Positions 29,639 through 39,516 are shown, counted from the stretch's first letter. The stretch: 64,000 nucleotides of DNA from Candidatus Latescibacterota bacterium (GCA_965243025.1 CBDETY010000003.1:4000001-4064000), one strand, 5' to 3'. Notes: generated from the sequence alone by a model not told the origin. Made by a program: numbers and translations.

Positions 29639-29669
29639 GTTACTGAGTAATTTTACTCAATAGAGTAAC
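29639..29669. promoter_or_regulatory. AT-rich nested inverted-repeat operator upstream of the AAA/DUF4143 gene
   Basis: GTTACTGAGTAATTTTACTCAATAGAGTAAC contains TGAGTAA-N2-TTACTCA, TTACTC-N4-GAGTAA and the outer pair GTTACT/AGTAAC. Confidence 0.6.
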
Positions 29670-29765
29670 CTCCAAAACTTGCCGCTCCTTTGGGGAAAAG
29701 GATAGGTCAAGTCAGTCGGGGTTCGGGAGGGGAAGACGTGGTGGAGCTATGGGAGTGTCTTCTGG

Positions 29766-29990
29766 CTATTTCACCTTGAGGAGCTCTTCAACTCTGAGCC
29801 CGATATCACTTGCGATTTGACGAAGCAGAATGGGCGAAATGTCTCGCCCCTTGTGGAATGGAACGGTCGTTCCTCTTCCATCCGCATGGCGATACTGTTT
29901 GTGTGAACCTCGCTGACGCACTTCGCGAAAGCCGAGCATCTCGAGCAACCGGATCACTTCTCGAGGTTTGAGTGCCGGTATATCGGGCAT
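29766..29990 (-). CDS. hicA: HicA family toxin
   Basis: MPDIPALKPREVIRLLEMLGFREVRQRGSHKQYRHADGRGTTVPFHKGRDI. Confidence 0.92.
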   Translation of the reverse strand: MPDIPALKPREVIRLLEMLGFREVRQRGSHKQYRHADGRGTTVPFHKGRDISPILLRQIASDIGLRVEELLKVK

Positions 29991-30196
29991 CAGGTAGTGA
30001 CTATCTGTTGTATACCGACAAACTCGGAATCCAGATCCGGCGCGCCGTCCTCGAGAAGCATTTCGACCACTTCCTTCAGGTTTTCGTTCAGTTCGTCCAA
30101 CGTCTCCCCCTGCGAATGGGCACCTGCAAAACCAGGCACGTACCCGACATACAGCCGGGTATCCCTGCACCATTCCACAACAGCAGTAAATCGCAT
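29990..30196 (-). CDS. hicB: HicB family antitoxin (short, no DNA-binding domain)
   Basis: MRFTAVVEW...YVGYVPGFAGAHSQGETLDELNENLKEVVEMLLE. Its stop overlaps the hicA ATG. Confidence 0.9.
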   Translation of the reverse strand: MRFTAVVEWCRDTRLYVGYVPGFAGAHSQGETLDELNENLKEVVEMLLEDGAPDLDSEFVGIQQIVTT

Positions 30197-30319
30197 TTCG
30201 GTCTCTCTTGTCTTTGAGGCAGGTGAGATGATTTGGCAGCGGGGCCAGCTCCACCAGTCCTTGTGGTAACTTTGCCCGTACGGCTGCCCGCTATCTTCCA
30301 CCTCGACACAGGGGATGTC

Positions 30320-30475
30320 AACCAATTGGCCGAGAGCCACTGGCACGGCCAAAACTTCTGCCAGGGCACGGTCTGCGAGATGCTGGAGAATCCGGGGGAG
30401 GAGATCTTCGACGTCATCCGCCTGTTCGGAGAGCGCGGCAAGATCTTCAACGTCCACTTCCGCAACATCCGCGGC
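30320..30475 (+). pseudogene. Mannonate dehydratase (UxuA-like) internal fragment
   Basis: [44 protein letters not shown]. Both the N- and C-terminal parts are missing. Confidence 0.7.
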
Positions 30476-30547
30476 GCCGGTGTTCGAGGTACCGCCCGCC
30501 CCCTATATTGCCCGCGGCACCTGACCCGGAAAATCGGCCGCTCCCCA

Positions 30548-31690
30548 ATGACCGAAACTCCACCCGAAGAAAAACGCCCCGACCGCAAGACGGTCGCCCT
30601 GTGGCGCGAGCACTGGCAGGACGAAAGCGACGCCGCCTTCCTCTACCGCCGGCTCGCCGCCTCCTCCACCGACGAGGAGAAGCGGGATCTCTACCTCAAG
30701 CTCGCCGCGGTCGAGGAGAAGCACACCGGGGTCTGGGAGAAGATCTTCGTCGACCACGGGATCCCGGTGCCCCCCCGGAAGCCCTCCGCGCGGGCCCGCC
30801 TGATGGCCTGGGTCGCCGGCAGGTTCGGCCCCGACATGCTGCAGAACCTGCTGCTGCGGGAAGAGGGGCTCGAGGTCAGGGGGTACATCTCGCTCTACCG
30901 GGAGAGCGATCCCGGCTCGACGGCTGACGCCGCCCTGCTCCTGGCCAGGGAATCCGCCCACCATGCCGAGACCCTGTCGAAGCTGGCCTCCAGCGAAGGG
31001 GAGCCCTGGCACTACACGAGGTCGGGCGGCTTCCTGCGCAACGTGGTGTACGGGTTCAACGACGGCCTGACAGCGAACTTCGGACTCGTCGCCGGCGTCG
31101 TCGGCGCCCAGGTCGAGGCTGCCTTCATCATGCTTACCGGCGTCGCCGGAATGATCGCCGACGCCCTCTCCATGGGCGCCTCCGGCTACCTGGCGGCCAA
31201 GAGCGAGCGCGAGGTCTACGACCACGAGATCAAGGTGGAGCGGGAAGAGCTGCGCTTCATGCCGGAGATCGAGGAGGAGGAGCTCGCTCTCCTTTACCAG
31301 ACCAAGGGGGTGCAGGAGGAGAGCGCCCGCGAGATCGCGCGGGAGATCATGAAGTCCCCGGAGAAGGCCCTCGACGTGATGGTGCAGGAGGAGCTCGGCA
31401 TCGGGGAGCAGCGCGTCACCCCCTTCCGCGAGGGCTGGATCACCGGCATCGCCACCGCGGTGGGCGCCTCCATCCCGGTGGCTCCGTTCCTGTTGCTGAG
31501 CGGTCCGGCCGCCATCTGGACCTCCTTCGGCGTCTCGATGTTCTCCCACTTCGCGGTCGGCGCCGCGCGCAGTGTCTTCACCGGCCGCAGCCTGTTCCGC
31601 AGCGGCGTCGACATGCTCATGGTCGGCTTCGGCGTGGCCGCCATCGGCTACCTGGTCGGCGAGCTCGCCGTCAAGTACTGGCTCGGTTAG
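30548..31690 (+). CDS. VIT1/CCC1 iron/manganese transporter with an N-terminal ferritin/rubrerythrin-like domain
   Basis: E..AAFLY..LA, EEKH, ESAHH; [27 protein letters not shown]. Confidence 0.9.
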   Translation: MTETPPEEKRPDRKTVALWREHWQDESDAAFLYRRLAASSTDEEKRDLYLKLAAVEEKHTGVWEKIFVDHGIPVPPRKPSARARLMAWVAGRFGPDMLQNLLLREEGLEVRGYISLYRESDPGSTADAALLLARESAHHAETLSKLASSEGEPWHYTRSGGFLRNVVYGFNDGLTANFGLVAGVVGAQVEAAFIMLTGVAGMIADALSMGASGYLAAKSEREVYDHEIKVEREELRFMPEIEEEELALLYQTKGVQEESAREIAREIMKSPEKALDVMVQEELGIGEQRVTPFREGWITGIATAVGASIPVAPFLLLSGPAAIWTSFGVSMFSHFAVGAARSVFTGRSLFRSGVDMLMVGFGVAAIGYLVGELAVKYWLG

Positions 31691-31820
31691 CAGCCCCTCT
31701 CAAGCGGAGATACGGCCCGGCACCTGCCCCGGCGGCCCCCGGGCATGTCCCCGTCGCCAGCCTTACCTTTTCCGGGCCCTCGCCCCGGAAGCCCAACTTC
31801 ATACCCTCGGGAAGTCACCC

Positions 31821-32873
31821 ATGGAAAACCGCGGCTGGAACGACAGCGCCAAAGCCAAACCCGCCGCCGACATCGACATCCGCTGCGGCTCCGGCCTGCT
31901 GCGCCGCGAGAGCCGGAACTGGCCCCCGTACGGAGTCGTGACCACCCCGAGCGCCTGGAAGGCGGCGCGTCCCCACCTCGCCCGCGAGCCTGACGGAATC
32001 GTCCACGCCGAGTGGCTCGACCAGCGCCACCAGCAGGAACTGAGCCGCCGGCTCCCCGACGGCATCGAGCTCGTCGTCGGGCTCGGGGGCGGCACTGCGC
32101 TCGACGACTCCAAGTTCTGCGCCCTCGACAAGGACCTGCCCCTCGTCCTCGTGCCGACCATCGTCTCCACCGGGGCGATCATCCACGGCATCTTCGCCCG
32201 CTGGGAGGGCCACCGCACCGTCGGCGAAGCCGCCGACTGGCCCTGGGTCGACTGCGAGCACGTGCTCGTCGACAGCGACGTGGTGCTGGCCGCTCCCCCC
32301 TGGCTCAACACCGCCGGCATCGGCGACATCCTCTGCGGGTACGCCGGCATCGCCGAGTGGCGGTGGCGCGCCGCCCGGGGCATCGGACCGGCCGTCGACG
32401 AGTCCTGGGCAGAAAGCCTGCACGCCTACCAGGAGAAACTGGCCGCCGACTTCGAGGCCACCCTGGACCCGCAGGGCCGGCTGACCGGGGAAAGCGTGCG
32501 CCTCATAACCCTGGCCCTGCAGGAGCGGGACGGCATGCTCGCCGGGGCCGGCGGCGGCAGCGGCGACCACCCCTTCTGGCTGGCCCTGGAGGATATCAAC
32601 CGCCGCACCTGGATCCACGGCGAGATCGTCGCCCTCGCCGCCCTGGCGATCGCCTGGCACGCCGGCGAGTCCCCGGAGCTGCTGGCCCAACGCCTGCGCC
32701 GCTGCCAGGTGCGCTGCGCCCCCGAAGCGGTCGGAGTCTCGCGCCGCGAGTTCGACAGGGGCCTGGAGTACGTTCCCCGCTACATGGAGGAGCGCGGCAT
32801 CGACTCGATCCTGCGCCGCGAGCCGATCGCCGGAGAGCGCGCCTCCGAGCTGTGGGACTTCCTGCACTCCTGA
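31821..32873 (+). CDS. Glycerol-1-phosphate dehydrogenase-like (Fe-ADH_2/DHQS fold) oxidoreductase
   Basis: VVGLGGGTALDDSK, VPTIVSTGA, TAGIGDIL, GDH...IHGEIVA. Confidence 0.75.
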   Translation: MENRGWNDSAKAKPAADIDIRCGSGLLRRESRNWPPYGVVTTPSAWKAARPHLAREPDGIVHAEWLDQRHQQELSRRLPDGIELVVGLGGGTALDDSKFCALDKDLPLVLVPTIVSTGAIIHGIFARWEGHRTVGEAADWPWVDCEHVLVDSDVVLAAPPWLNTAGIGDILCGYAGIAEWRWRAARGIGPAVDESWAESLHAYQEKLAADFEATLDPQGRLTGESVRLITLALQERDGMLAGAGGGSGDHPFWLALEDINRRTWIHGEIVALAALAIAWHAGESPELLAQRLRRCQVRCAPEAVGVSRREFDRGLEYVPRYMEERGIDSILRREPIAGERASELWDFLHS

Positions 32874-33078
32874 CTTTCGCGGCGTTTCGGCGGGAGGGCC
32901 CTCCCCTGCATCGGCTGGCCGCCCTTCGTTTCTGAATTCGATTGTACCGGCCCTGGCAGTGGTCCCGGCGCTTCAGCGGCTGCCGCCGGACTCGTCCCGG
33001 GATCCCGGTTGCCTTTGAAGCGGCGGCCGCAGGAATCGCCCGGGGCTCCCCTACGTCCCCACAGGGTGGTCCGGTACG

Positions 33079-33113
33079 AAAAAATCCCCCGCCAGCCAGC
33101 GCCGGCGGGGGAT
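33079..33113 (-). terminator. Rho-independent terminator
   Basis: Stem ATCCCCCGCC/GGCGGGGGAT followed by a U-tract on the minus strand, just downstream of the DUF5069 gene. Confidence 0.75.
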
Positions 33114-33145
33114 CGGATCTTGTCGACTGAACCAGGTTCGGAGGC

Positions 33146-33574
33146 TCAGCCGAGCGAGCTGTGGAGCTCGGTCCAGTCGTCGAGGTTGTTGAGGTTGACG
33201 GCGTCCTTGATCGAGCCGTCGTCGCCGATGCCGGCCGCCGACAGGATCCCGCCCCGCGTGTCGTCGTCGTGGTCGTACCCGGCGATGGCGGCGTTGGATG
33301 CCTCGATCTCGCTGGCGGGAATGCTGCCGCCGCGCTGGTCGACGACCCACTGCTCGAACTGCGGGTAGGTGGCGTTGTTGTCCTTGATGAAGGCGACCGC
33401 GGCGTCGCGGTCGACCTTGAGCCCGTCCAGAACCATCTGGTCGAAACCCATGCCGCACTCGTCGTACCCCTCCTCGAGCTGCCCGTGGGCGCTCAGCAGC
33501 ACCTTCGACCAGAGCCTGGGGAGGTGGATGGCGCCGAGAGGTCCTGCGACGCCGGAACTGATGGTGGGGATCAT
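33146..33574 (-). CDS. DUF5069 domain protein
   Basis: GPLGAIHLPRLWSK...GYDECGMGFDQMVL...NLDDW, with a strong AAGGAG RBS. Confidence 0.8.
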   Translation of the reverse strand: MIPTISSGVAGPLGAIHLPRLWSKVLLSAHGQLEEGYDECGMGFDQMVLDGLKVDRDAAVAFIKDNNATYPQFEQWVVDQRGGSIPASEIEASNAAIAGYDHDDDTRGGILSAAGIGDDGSIKDAVNLNNLDDWTELHSSLG

Positions 33575-33726
33575 GGTTGGTCTCCTTGGTTTTTCAGGCC
33601 TCTCTCGAGGCCTTGGGGAAAGCCCCGGCCGGTTGCAACCGCCGGGACGGGGAGAAACGGCTTCGGAACGCCGGTATCAATATCGCCCATGCCGGGGAAG
33701 CATCCAAGAACCGGCCTTTGGGCGCT

Positions 33727-34605
33727 TCAGCTCCTTTCGCCCGGCTTCCGCAGGCCCGGATCGGAGACCGAGTAGGGCCAGCCCGACCCCCCGGCCTGCC
33801 GGAACTCCTCGCCCCTGCCGCACATCCAGGTGAACATCTCCGCCACCCGCGGCACCGACTGCCACTTCCGCGTGCTGCCGCGGAAGTAGCCGTTCTCGTA
33901 CGAATAGTCCGCCCGCGCCGGATCGAACCCGGGCTCGGGCAGCCAGTCCCGCCGCGGCGGCTGCGTCCGCCAGTACACCCACTTCAGGAGGTTGCGGACC
34001 CCTGGGGCGATCTTCTCCGACTGCCGGTGCCAGATCGAGTAGGCGGTGAAGAAGACCGAGCCCGCCGGCGCCGCGGTCGACACCTGCCCGGCGAGGTGGC
34101 CGTAGTGCTCCAGCTCCTCGCGCGCTATCGGCACGAGGTGCGAACCGGGCAGGAAGAGGGTCGGCCCCATCTCCGGGGTCACCGTCTGCGGCAGGTAGAA
34201 GACCTGCAGCAGCTCGCAGGTGCGCTCGAACCGCGAGCCGCCGTCGATGTGCCAGCGGCCGATCGGCCTGGGGCCCTCGAGCCGGTGGTTGGCCATCCAG
34301 TCCGGTAGCTGAAAGCCGGCGCCGAGCAGCGCCCTGCTGACCCCGGCGACCTCCGGATGCAGCAGAACCTCGGCGGCGAAGCGGTCCTCCCGGACCAGCT
34401 CCCCGGCGTTGGCCACCGAGTCGTCGGAGCCGGCCTCGAGATAGTTTCGGACCCACTGGTTGGTCGACTCGGGAATCACCGCCTCCAGGGTGAGCAGCCC
34501 TGTCTTGCAGAACTGCAGGACCTCGGAGTCGCCGATGGTCGCGGCGACCGGACCGGCGCGTCCGCCCCTCTCCACAGAAGTCATGATCCCGGCCCTGGCG
34601 GTCAT
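33727..34605 (-). CDS. PhyH family dioxygenase
   Basis: WHIDG, YLPQTVTPEMGPTLFLPGSH, APAGS...IWHR, RNLLK. The ATG overlaps the upstream TGA. Confidence 0.85.
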   Translation of the reverse strand: MTARAGIMTSVERGGRAGPVAATIGDSEVLQFCKTGLLTLEAVIPESTNQWVRNYLEAGSDDSVANAGELVREDRFAAEVLLHPEVAGVSRALLGAGFQLPDWMANHRLEGPRPIGRWHIDGGSRFERTCELLQVFYLPQTVTPEMGPTLFLPGSHLVPIAREELEHYGHLAGQVSTAAPAGSVFFTAYSIWHRQSEKIAPGVRNLLKWVYWRTQPPRRDWLPEPGFDPARADYSYENGYFRGSTRKWQSVPRVAEMFTWMCGRGEEFRQAGGSGWPYSVSDPGLRKPGERS

Positions 34606-34967
34606 GGTCGCCACCTTTCGAGCACGAATTCGCAGGTGATGTGGGCGTCCTGGGTGTGTCCGGCGGGCAGCTGCACCGGGAAGCGGACGACGCGCCAGCC
34701 GTCCTCCATGGCCTCGAGGACGGCCTGGTACGGCCACGCGGCGGCATCCATGGCGCCGTCGGAGACCTTACCCCCGGCCACCAAGGACATGCCGATAACC
34801 TCGCTGGTCACAGAGGTCGTCGCCGTCTGCAGGTAGAGGAGCTCCTGCCGCTGCCCGGTGGAGGAAGAGGAGGCCGCGGCGAGATCCCGCAGGTCCGCCT
34901 CGGTGAGGGATCCCCGCTCCAGCAGGGCTATGCAGTGTTCGAGTTTCTTCCGCGATGTCTCGTTCAT
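34602..34967 (-). CDS. Hypothetical protein coupled to the PhyH gene
   Basis: 121 aa with coding-like composition (WPYQAVLEAMEDGWRVVRFP...CEFVLERW) and an ATGA overlap with the downstream gene. Confidence 0.7.
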   Translation of the reverse strand: MNETSRKKLEHCIALLERGSLTEADLRDLAAASSSSTGQRQELLYLQTATTSVTSEVIGMSLVAGGKVSDGAMDAAAWPYQAVLEAMEDGWRVVRFPVQLPAGHTQDAHITCEFVLERWRP

Positions 34968-35140
34968 GGCGTGGCCGCGCGAGGGCGGCGTGTTTGGGAC
35001 GGCCGGAAGATAACCGCGGCGGCCTTCCCATCAATTGCCGGCAGTGGATCGACGAGGTGGCTTGAAAAAATGCGTTGCCATTGTCCACAACCGCGGTTGA
35101 CCTTGAACCCTGGGACATATCTACCGCAGGGGGATCATCC

Positions 35141-35397
35141 ATGGGTCGGATTCCGCACGCGTTCCCGATAAGCTTGTCAAGGCACTGGACTCCGCCGCTT
35201 CGGAGCTGAAGCGAAGCCGCGCCGACATCATTCGCTCGGCGTTGGAACAATATCTTGAAGATTTCGACGACCACACCGTTGCCCTTAAGCGGCTTCACGA
35301 CACTTCCGACCCAGCCCTGAACTGGGACCTTGTCAGGGACGAGCTGCCCGTTCCGGTTAGAGTCTCAGGAACCCGATGGAAATGCCCATCAGATTGA
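35141..35397 (+). pseudogene. Ribbon-helix-helix (CopG/RelB-like) antitoxin, frameshifted
   Basis: ATG GGT CGG ATT is followed by a frame change near 35152 to SARVPDKLVKALDSAASELKRSRADIIRSALEQYLEDFDD...DPALNWDLVRDEL. No toxin follows. Not in the ORF track. Confidence 0.7.
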
Positions 35398-35519
35398 AAC
35401 TGTGTCTGATTGGTTTGTATCTGGCTGTAATGCTGTTTGTGGCGGCTGGTTTTTCCTCGGGTGCCTTCTGCTGATCCTGAGACACAAGACGGCAGACCGG
35501 CGCATGACGAAAGCCTTCC

Positions 35520-37481
35520 GTGCCGAGGACTGATCTCGAGTTCTGGAACCGCCGCGCGAGCGCCGGCAGCATAGCCGCCAACCTGCTCTGGACCTGGGGC
35601 CACATCCGGGCCCACGGGAAACTGGCGGCGTTCGGCGTGGTCGCCGTCCAGCTCCTGCTGGGCCTCCAGCCCGCCCTGCTCATCCACGTCACCCGGAACC
35701 TCGTCGACACCGTGGTCACCGCCGCGGGGGGCGGCTCCGCCGGCTTCGGCGACGCCCTCCCCTGGCTGATCGCCTTCGGTCTGATCCTGCTGCTGACCAA
35801 CGAAGTGATGTGGAATGTCCGCGACCTCCTGAACCTGCGGCTGGAGCAGAACCTCTCCCACGTTCTGGGCCGCCGCCTTCTGGCGAGATCCTCGCGGCTG
35901 CCCCTGCTGTTCTTCGAGGCGAGCGAGACCTACGACCGCCTCGAGCGGGCGCTGGACCCGGGGCGCAAGGTCCACCGGCTGTTCTTCGCCGCCATGGAGT
36001 TTTCCCGGGCCGTTGTCACGGCGGTTTCCGTGGCCGCCATGTTCGCCCCGGTCTCTCCGTGGATCTCCCTGGCCCTGCTGGCGGTGCTGGTCCCGCAGAT
36101 CTACCTCGAGGTCGAGCACAACCGCATGTTCATGGCATTCACCTACGGCGAGACGCCGGAGGAACGCCGGGCCGGGTACGTCGACCGCATCCTCACCGGC
36201 CGGGGAGAGCAGAAGGAGATGCGCCTCTTCGGCCTGCACCCGCTGCTGACCGAACGCTGGCGGGGGATGCGCCGGGTGCTGCGGGAACGGCTGTTCGAGC
36301 AGCGCCGCCGCCAGTTCGCCGGGATGGTCCCGGTCACCGGGCTGCGCATCGCCGTGGGGGTCGGGGTAGCCGGCGCCCTGGCGTACCTGCTCGGCGACCG
36401 GGTCCTGACCCCGGGACGTTTCGTCGCGCTCTTTCAGGGGGTCGACGACATGATCAGCGCCGGCGGCAGTCTCGCCTACAACTCCAGGGAGCTGCAGACG
36501 CGGTCCGCCGAGGTCGGGTACGTGCGGGAGTTCCTCGACCTGCCGGAGGAGAGCGGCGCCCTGACCGAAGCGCCGGCTGCCACCCGAGGGCTCGGCACTG
36601 TAACTGAAGCCCCGGCTGCGACAGGACCGCCCCGGAATGCTCCCTTTCCCCGGCCGCTGCGCCAGGGGCTCACCGTCGAGGACCTCCACTTCTCCTACCC
36701 TGCGGCAGGGTCCGATGAGGTGGATTCCGGCAGGGCTCCGGCGGTGCTGCAGGGGGTCAGTTTCCACCTCGCCCCGGGAGAGCGCGTCGCCCTCGTCGGC
36801 GAGAACGGATCCGGCAAGTCGACGCTTGCCAAGATCCTTCTCGGTCTCTACCCGCCCGGCGCAGGACGCGTAACGGCCGACGGGCTCGACTACGCCGGGA
36901 TCGATCCCGGCAGCCTGACCGCCTCCGTGAGCGCCGCCTTCCAGGACTTCTACCGGTTCGAGCTCACCCTCGGGCACTCGATCGGCATCGCCGCGTTGGC
37001 CCCGGAGGAAAAAGGGCCCTCCCCGGATCTGTGGCCCGGGTGGCTGCAGCCCGACCCGGCTGCGGTCGCCGATGCCGCGCGCCGCTCCGGAGCCGAGGAG
37101 CTCGCCCAACGCCTTTCCGGGGGCTACGACACCCCTGTCGGGCACGTCCTCGACGGCGGGCAGGGCCTCTCCGGGGGAGAGTGGCAGCGGGTCGCCATCG
37201 CCCGCGCCTTCACCCGCAACCCGGAGCTGCTCATCCTCGACGAACCGGCCGCGGCCCTCGACGCCGTGGCCGAGGCCGAGCTCTACCGGCAGTTCGCCGA
37301 GCTCCTCGGGGGGCGCACCGCCCTGCTGATCAGTCACCGCCTCGGCTCGGCGCGCATGGCCGACCGCATCCTCGTGCTCCAGGATGGCCGCATCGTCGAG
37401 CAGGGCCGGCACGACGAACTGCTGGCGGAGAACGGGGTGTACGCCGCCATGTGGGAGGAACAGGCGTCTTGGTACCGGTAG
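35520..37481 (+). CDS. ABC exporter half-transporter (TMD+NBD)
   Basis: TM helices, KEMRLFGL, GENGSGKS, FQDF, LSGGEWQR, ILDEP, ISHRL. Confidence 0.92.
   Translation: MPRTDLEFWNRRASAGSIAANLLWTWGHIRAHGKLAAFGVVAVQLLLGLQPALLIHVTRNLVDTVVTAAGGGSAGFGDALPWLIAFGLILLLTNEVMWNVRDLLNLRLEQNLSHVLGRRLLARSSRLPLLFFEASETYDRLERALDPGRKVHRLFFAAMEFSRAVVTAVSVAAMFAPVSPWISLALLAVLVPQIYLEVEHNRMFMAFTYGETPEERRAGYVDRILTGRGEQKEMRLFGLHPLLTERWRGMRRVLRERLFEQRRRQFAGMVPVTGLRIAVGVGVAGALAYLLGDRVLTPGRFVALFQGVDDMISAGGSLAYNSRELQTRSAEVGYVREFLDLPEESGALTEAPAATRGLGTVTEAPAATGPPRNAPFPRPLRQGLTVEDLHFSYPAAGSDEVDSGRAPAVLQGVSFHLAPGERVALVGENGSGKSTLAKILLGLYPPGAGRVTADGLDYAGIDPGSLTASVSAAFQDFYRFELTLGHSIGIAALAPEEKGPSPDLWPGWLQPDPAAVADAARRSGAEELAQRLSGGYDTPVGHVLDGGQGLSGGEWQRVAIARAFTRNPELLILDEPAAALDAVAEAELYRQFAELLGGRTALLISHRLGSARMADRILVLQDGRIVEQGRHDELLAENGVYAAMWEEQASWYR
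36564..36623 (+). repeat. Imperfect in-frame duplication (TEAPAAT twice, 39-bp period) in the ABC linker
   Basis: ACCGAAGCGCCGGCTGCCAC versus ACTGAAGCCCCGGCTGCGAC. Confidence 0.7.
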
Positions 37482-39286
37482 AGCCGGACCCGCTGCTGGA
37501 GCGGCCGCCCGGTCCGCGGACTTTCCTCCGCTTCCTGGGATGGATGATCCGCACCGACCCCTGGCGCGCCAGCGTCTCCCTGGGGCTGCAGTTCACCGGC
37601 GGCCTGCTGCCTGCCGCTGCGGTCCTGGCCGTCCGGGAGATCTTCGACCGCGGCATCGACCTGTACGAAGGCCGGCTTTCCGTGGAGGCCGTGCTTCCGT
37701 GGCTGGCCCTGTGGGCTGCCGTGACCCTGGCCGAGACCGGCATCCAGATGTGGTCCCGGACGATCCTGCTCGAGCGGCTGAAGCAGGAGATGGAGGACCG
37801 GCTCCTCGAGCAGCTCCAGGTCAAGTCCCGGTCCCTCCGCCTGGAGGTCTTCGAGCGGGCCGACTTCCACGATCTCCTGCGCCGCGCCCAGGAGGCGGCC
37901 ACCCCCGGATTCTTCCTCAACGTCCTCTTCGCGATCTACACCATCATCACGGGAACCCTGGCCGCGGTCTCGGTCGCCGTCGTCGTCGGGCTCTGGGACC
38001 CCCTCCTCCTCGTCGCCATCGTTCTCGTCACCCTGCCTCACCCGCTTGCCGCACTGGTCCACAACATCCACGAGTTCTACCTGCATCGCGGCCAGACCCA
38101 GTCACAGCGCCTGCGCGGGTACCTGGAGCGGACGCTGACCGGACGGGACGCGGCCAAGGAGGTGCGGGTGTTCGGCCTGGGCCCGGTCCTGACCGGGTGG
38201 TGGGAGCACCTGTACTGGAAGGTCGCCGACCTCGTCTACCGGCAGCGCCGCAGGCACTACGCCATCGGGGGTTTTCTGTCCGCCTTCAGCCTCCTGGGGC
38301 TGGCCGCCGGGGTGGGCTGGTCGGCGTGGGCGGTTCTCGAAGGCGGGCTGTCGGCAGGGCAGTTCGCCGCCATGATCGTCGCCCTGCGCCAGGTGCGGCT
38401 CGGCGTCTCCCACCTCGTCAACCGCATGAGCTTCCTTTCCCTCCGGCTTCTCAACATCGCCGACCTGTTCATCTACCTGGACCTGGGCCCGGAAGAGCCG
38501 CGGGAGGGGAAGGACATCGGCGCCCTCGCCCGGACGCCCATCTCCGCCCGCGGCCTCTCCTTCAGGTATCCGCAGGCGGACCGCCCCGCCCTCGAGGAGG
38601 TCGCCTTCACCATCCGGCCCGGGGAGCGCGTCGCCCTGGTCGGGGCCAACGGCTCCGGCAAGACCACCCTGGTCAAGGTCCTGCTGGGGATGTTCCGCCC
38701 CACCGCCGGCGAGCTGAGCTACGGCAGTCTCGAGGCCGAACAGGCAAACCGCGGCCAGCTCTGGGACCAGTCGGCCGCGGTCTTCCAGGACTACACCCGC
38801 TTCGCCTTCACCCTCGGCGAGAACATCGGCTTCGGCCGCTACGAGAGGATGGGGGAGTCGGGCGAAATCGAGCGCGCCGCGCGCCAGGGCGGGGCCGACA
38901 GCGTCGCCGGCCGGCTCCCGGAGAGGTACGGCACCCTGCTAACCCGGGAGTTCGAGGGGGGCACCGAGCTGTCCGGCGGCGAGTGGCAGCGCGTCGCCAT
39001 CTCCAGGGGGTTCATGCGCGATGCCGGTTTCGTCGTCCTCGACGAGCCGACCGCTTCCCTGGACCCGCAGGCCGAGGCGGAGGTGTTCCGCCGCTTTCTC
39101 GCCATGGCCGGGGGGCGCACCACCATCGTCGTCTCCCACCGCCTTGGCTCGGCGCGGCTGTGCGACCGCATCCTCGTCCTGAAAGAGGGGCGGCTGATCG
39201 AGAACGGGACCCACGACGAGCTGGTCTCCCGTGACGGGGAGTACGCCCGCATGTGGGCGCTGCAGGCGGGGTGGTACGACAGGTAG
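37469..39286 (+). CDS. ABC exporter half-transporter (TMD+NBD), partner of the upstream gene
   Basis: TTG start after GGGAGGA; AKEVRVFGL, GANGSGKT, LSGGEWQR, VLDEP, VSHRL. Confidence 0.9.
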   Translation: MVPVEPDPLLERPPGPRTFLRFLGWMIRTDPWRASVSLGLQFTGGLLPAAAVLAVREIFDRGIDLYEGRLSVEAVLPWLALWAAVTLAETGIQMWSRTILLERLKQEMEDRLLEQLQVKSRSLRLEVFERADFHDLLRRAQEAATPGFFLNVLFAIYTIITGTLAAVSVAVVVGLWDPLLLVAIVLVTLPHPLAALVHNIHEFYLHRGQTQSQRLRGYLERTLTGRDAAKEVRVFGLGPVLTGWWEHLYWKVADLVYRQRRRHYAIGGFLSAFSLLGLAAGVGWSAWAVLEGGLSAGQFAAMIVALRQVRLGVSHLVNRMSFLSLRLLNIADLFIYLDLGPEEPREGKDIGALARTPISARGLSFRYPQADRPALEEVAFTIRPGERVALVGANGSGKTTLVKVLLGMFRPTAGELSYGSLEAEQANRGQLWDQSAAVFQDYTRFAFTLGENIGFGRYERMGESGEIERAARQGGADSVAGRLPERYGTLLTREFEGGTELSGGEWQRVAISRGFMRDAGFVVLDEPTASLDPQAEAEVFRRFLAMAGGRTTIVVSHRLGSARLCDRILVLKEGRLIENGTHDELVSRDGEYARMWALQAGWYDR

Positions 39287-39407
39287 ACAGGGGGAATCGT
39301 GCGGGGGGTGCAGTCGGTCGGCATCCGCTCAGGACCGGCCCGAGCCGCTGAGCGGGGGCTCCGGCAGCGCCGGGGGAAGGGAAATTTCCGGCCCCGCCGG
39401 AGGATGC

Positions 39408-39516
39408 TGAAGCTGCCCGGGATCGATGGGGCCGGAGAGATCCGGCATCCGCTTGGAACCGGCCGGAGCCGAAGAAAGTTGAAGCCGCGGGGATCGATGG
39501 TGCCGGAAGATACGGG
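39408..39516. repeat. Two imperfect ~37-bp direct repeats with a 72-bp period in a convergent intergenic region
   Basis: TGAAGCTGCCCGGGATCGATGGGGCCGGAGAGATCCGG versus TGAAGCCGCGGGGATCGATGGTGCCGGAAGATACGG. Confidence 0.55.

Noticed and set aside
30233-30547. N-terminal extension of the VIT1 protein (485-aa call)
   Set aside because: It consists of a uxuA remnant and intergenic DNA. The ferritin-like domain begins near ATG 30548.
39408-39516. CRISPR array, suggested by the 37+35 bp spacing
   Set aside because: Only two divergent copies, no leader and no cas genes.
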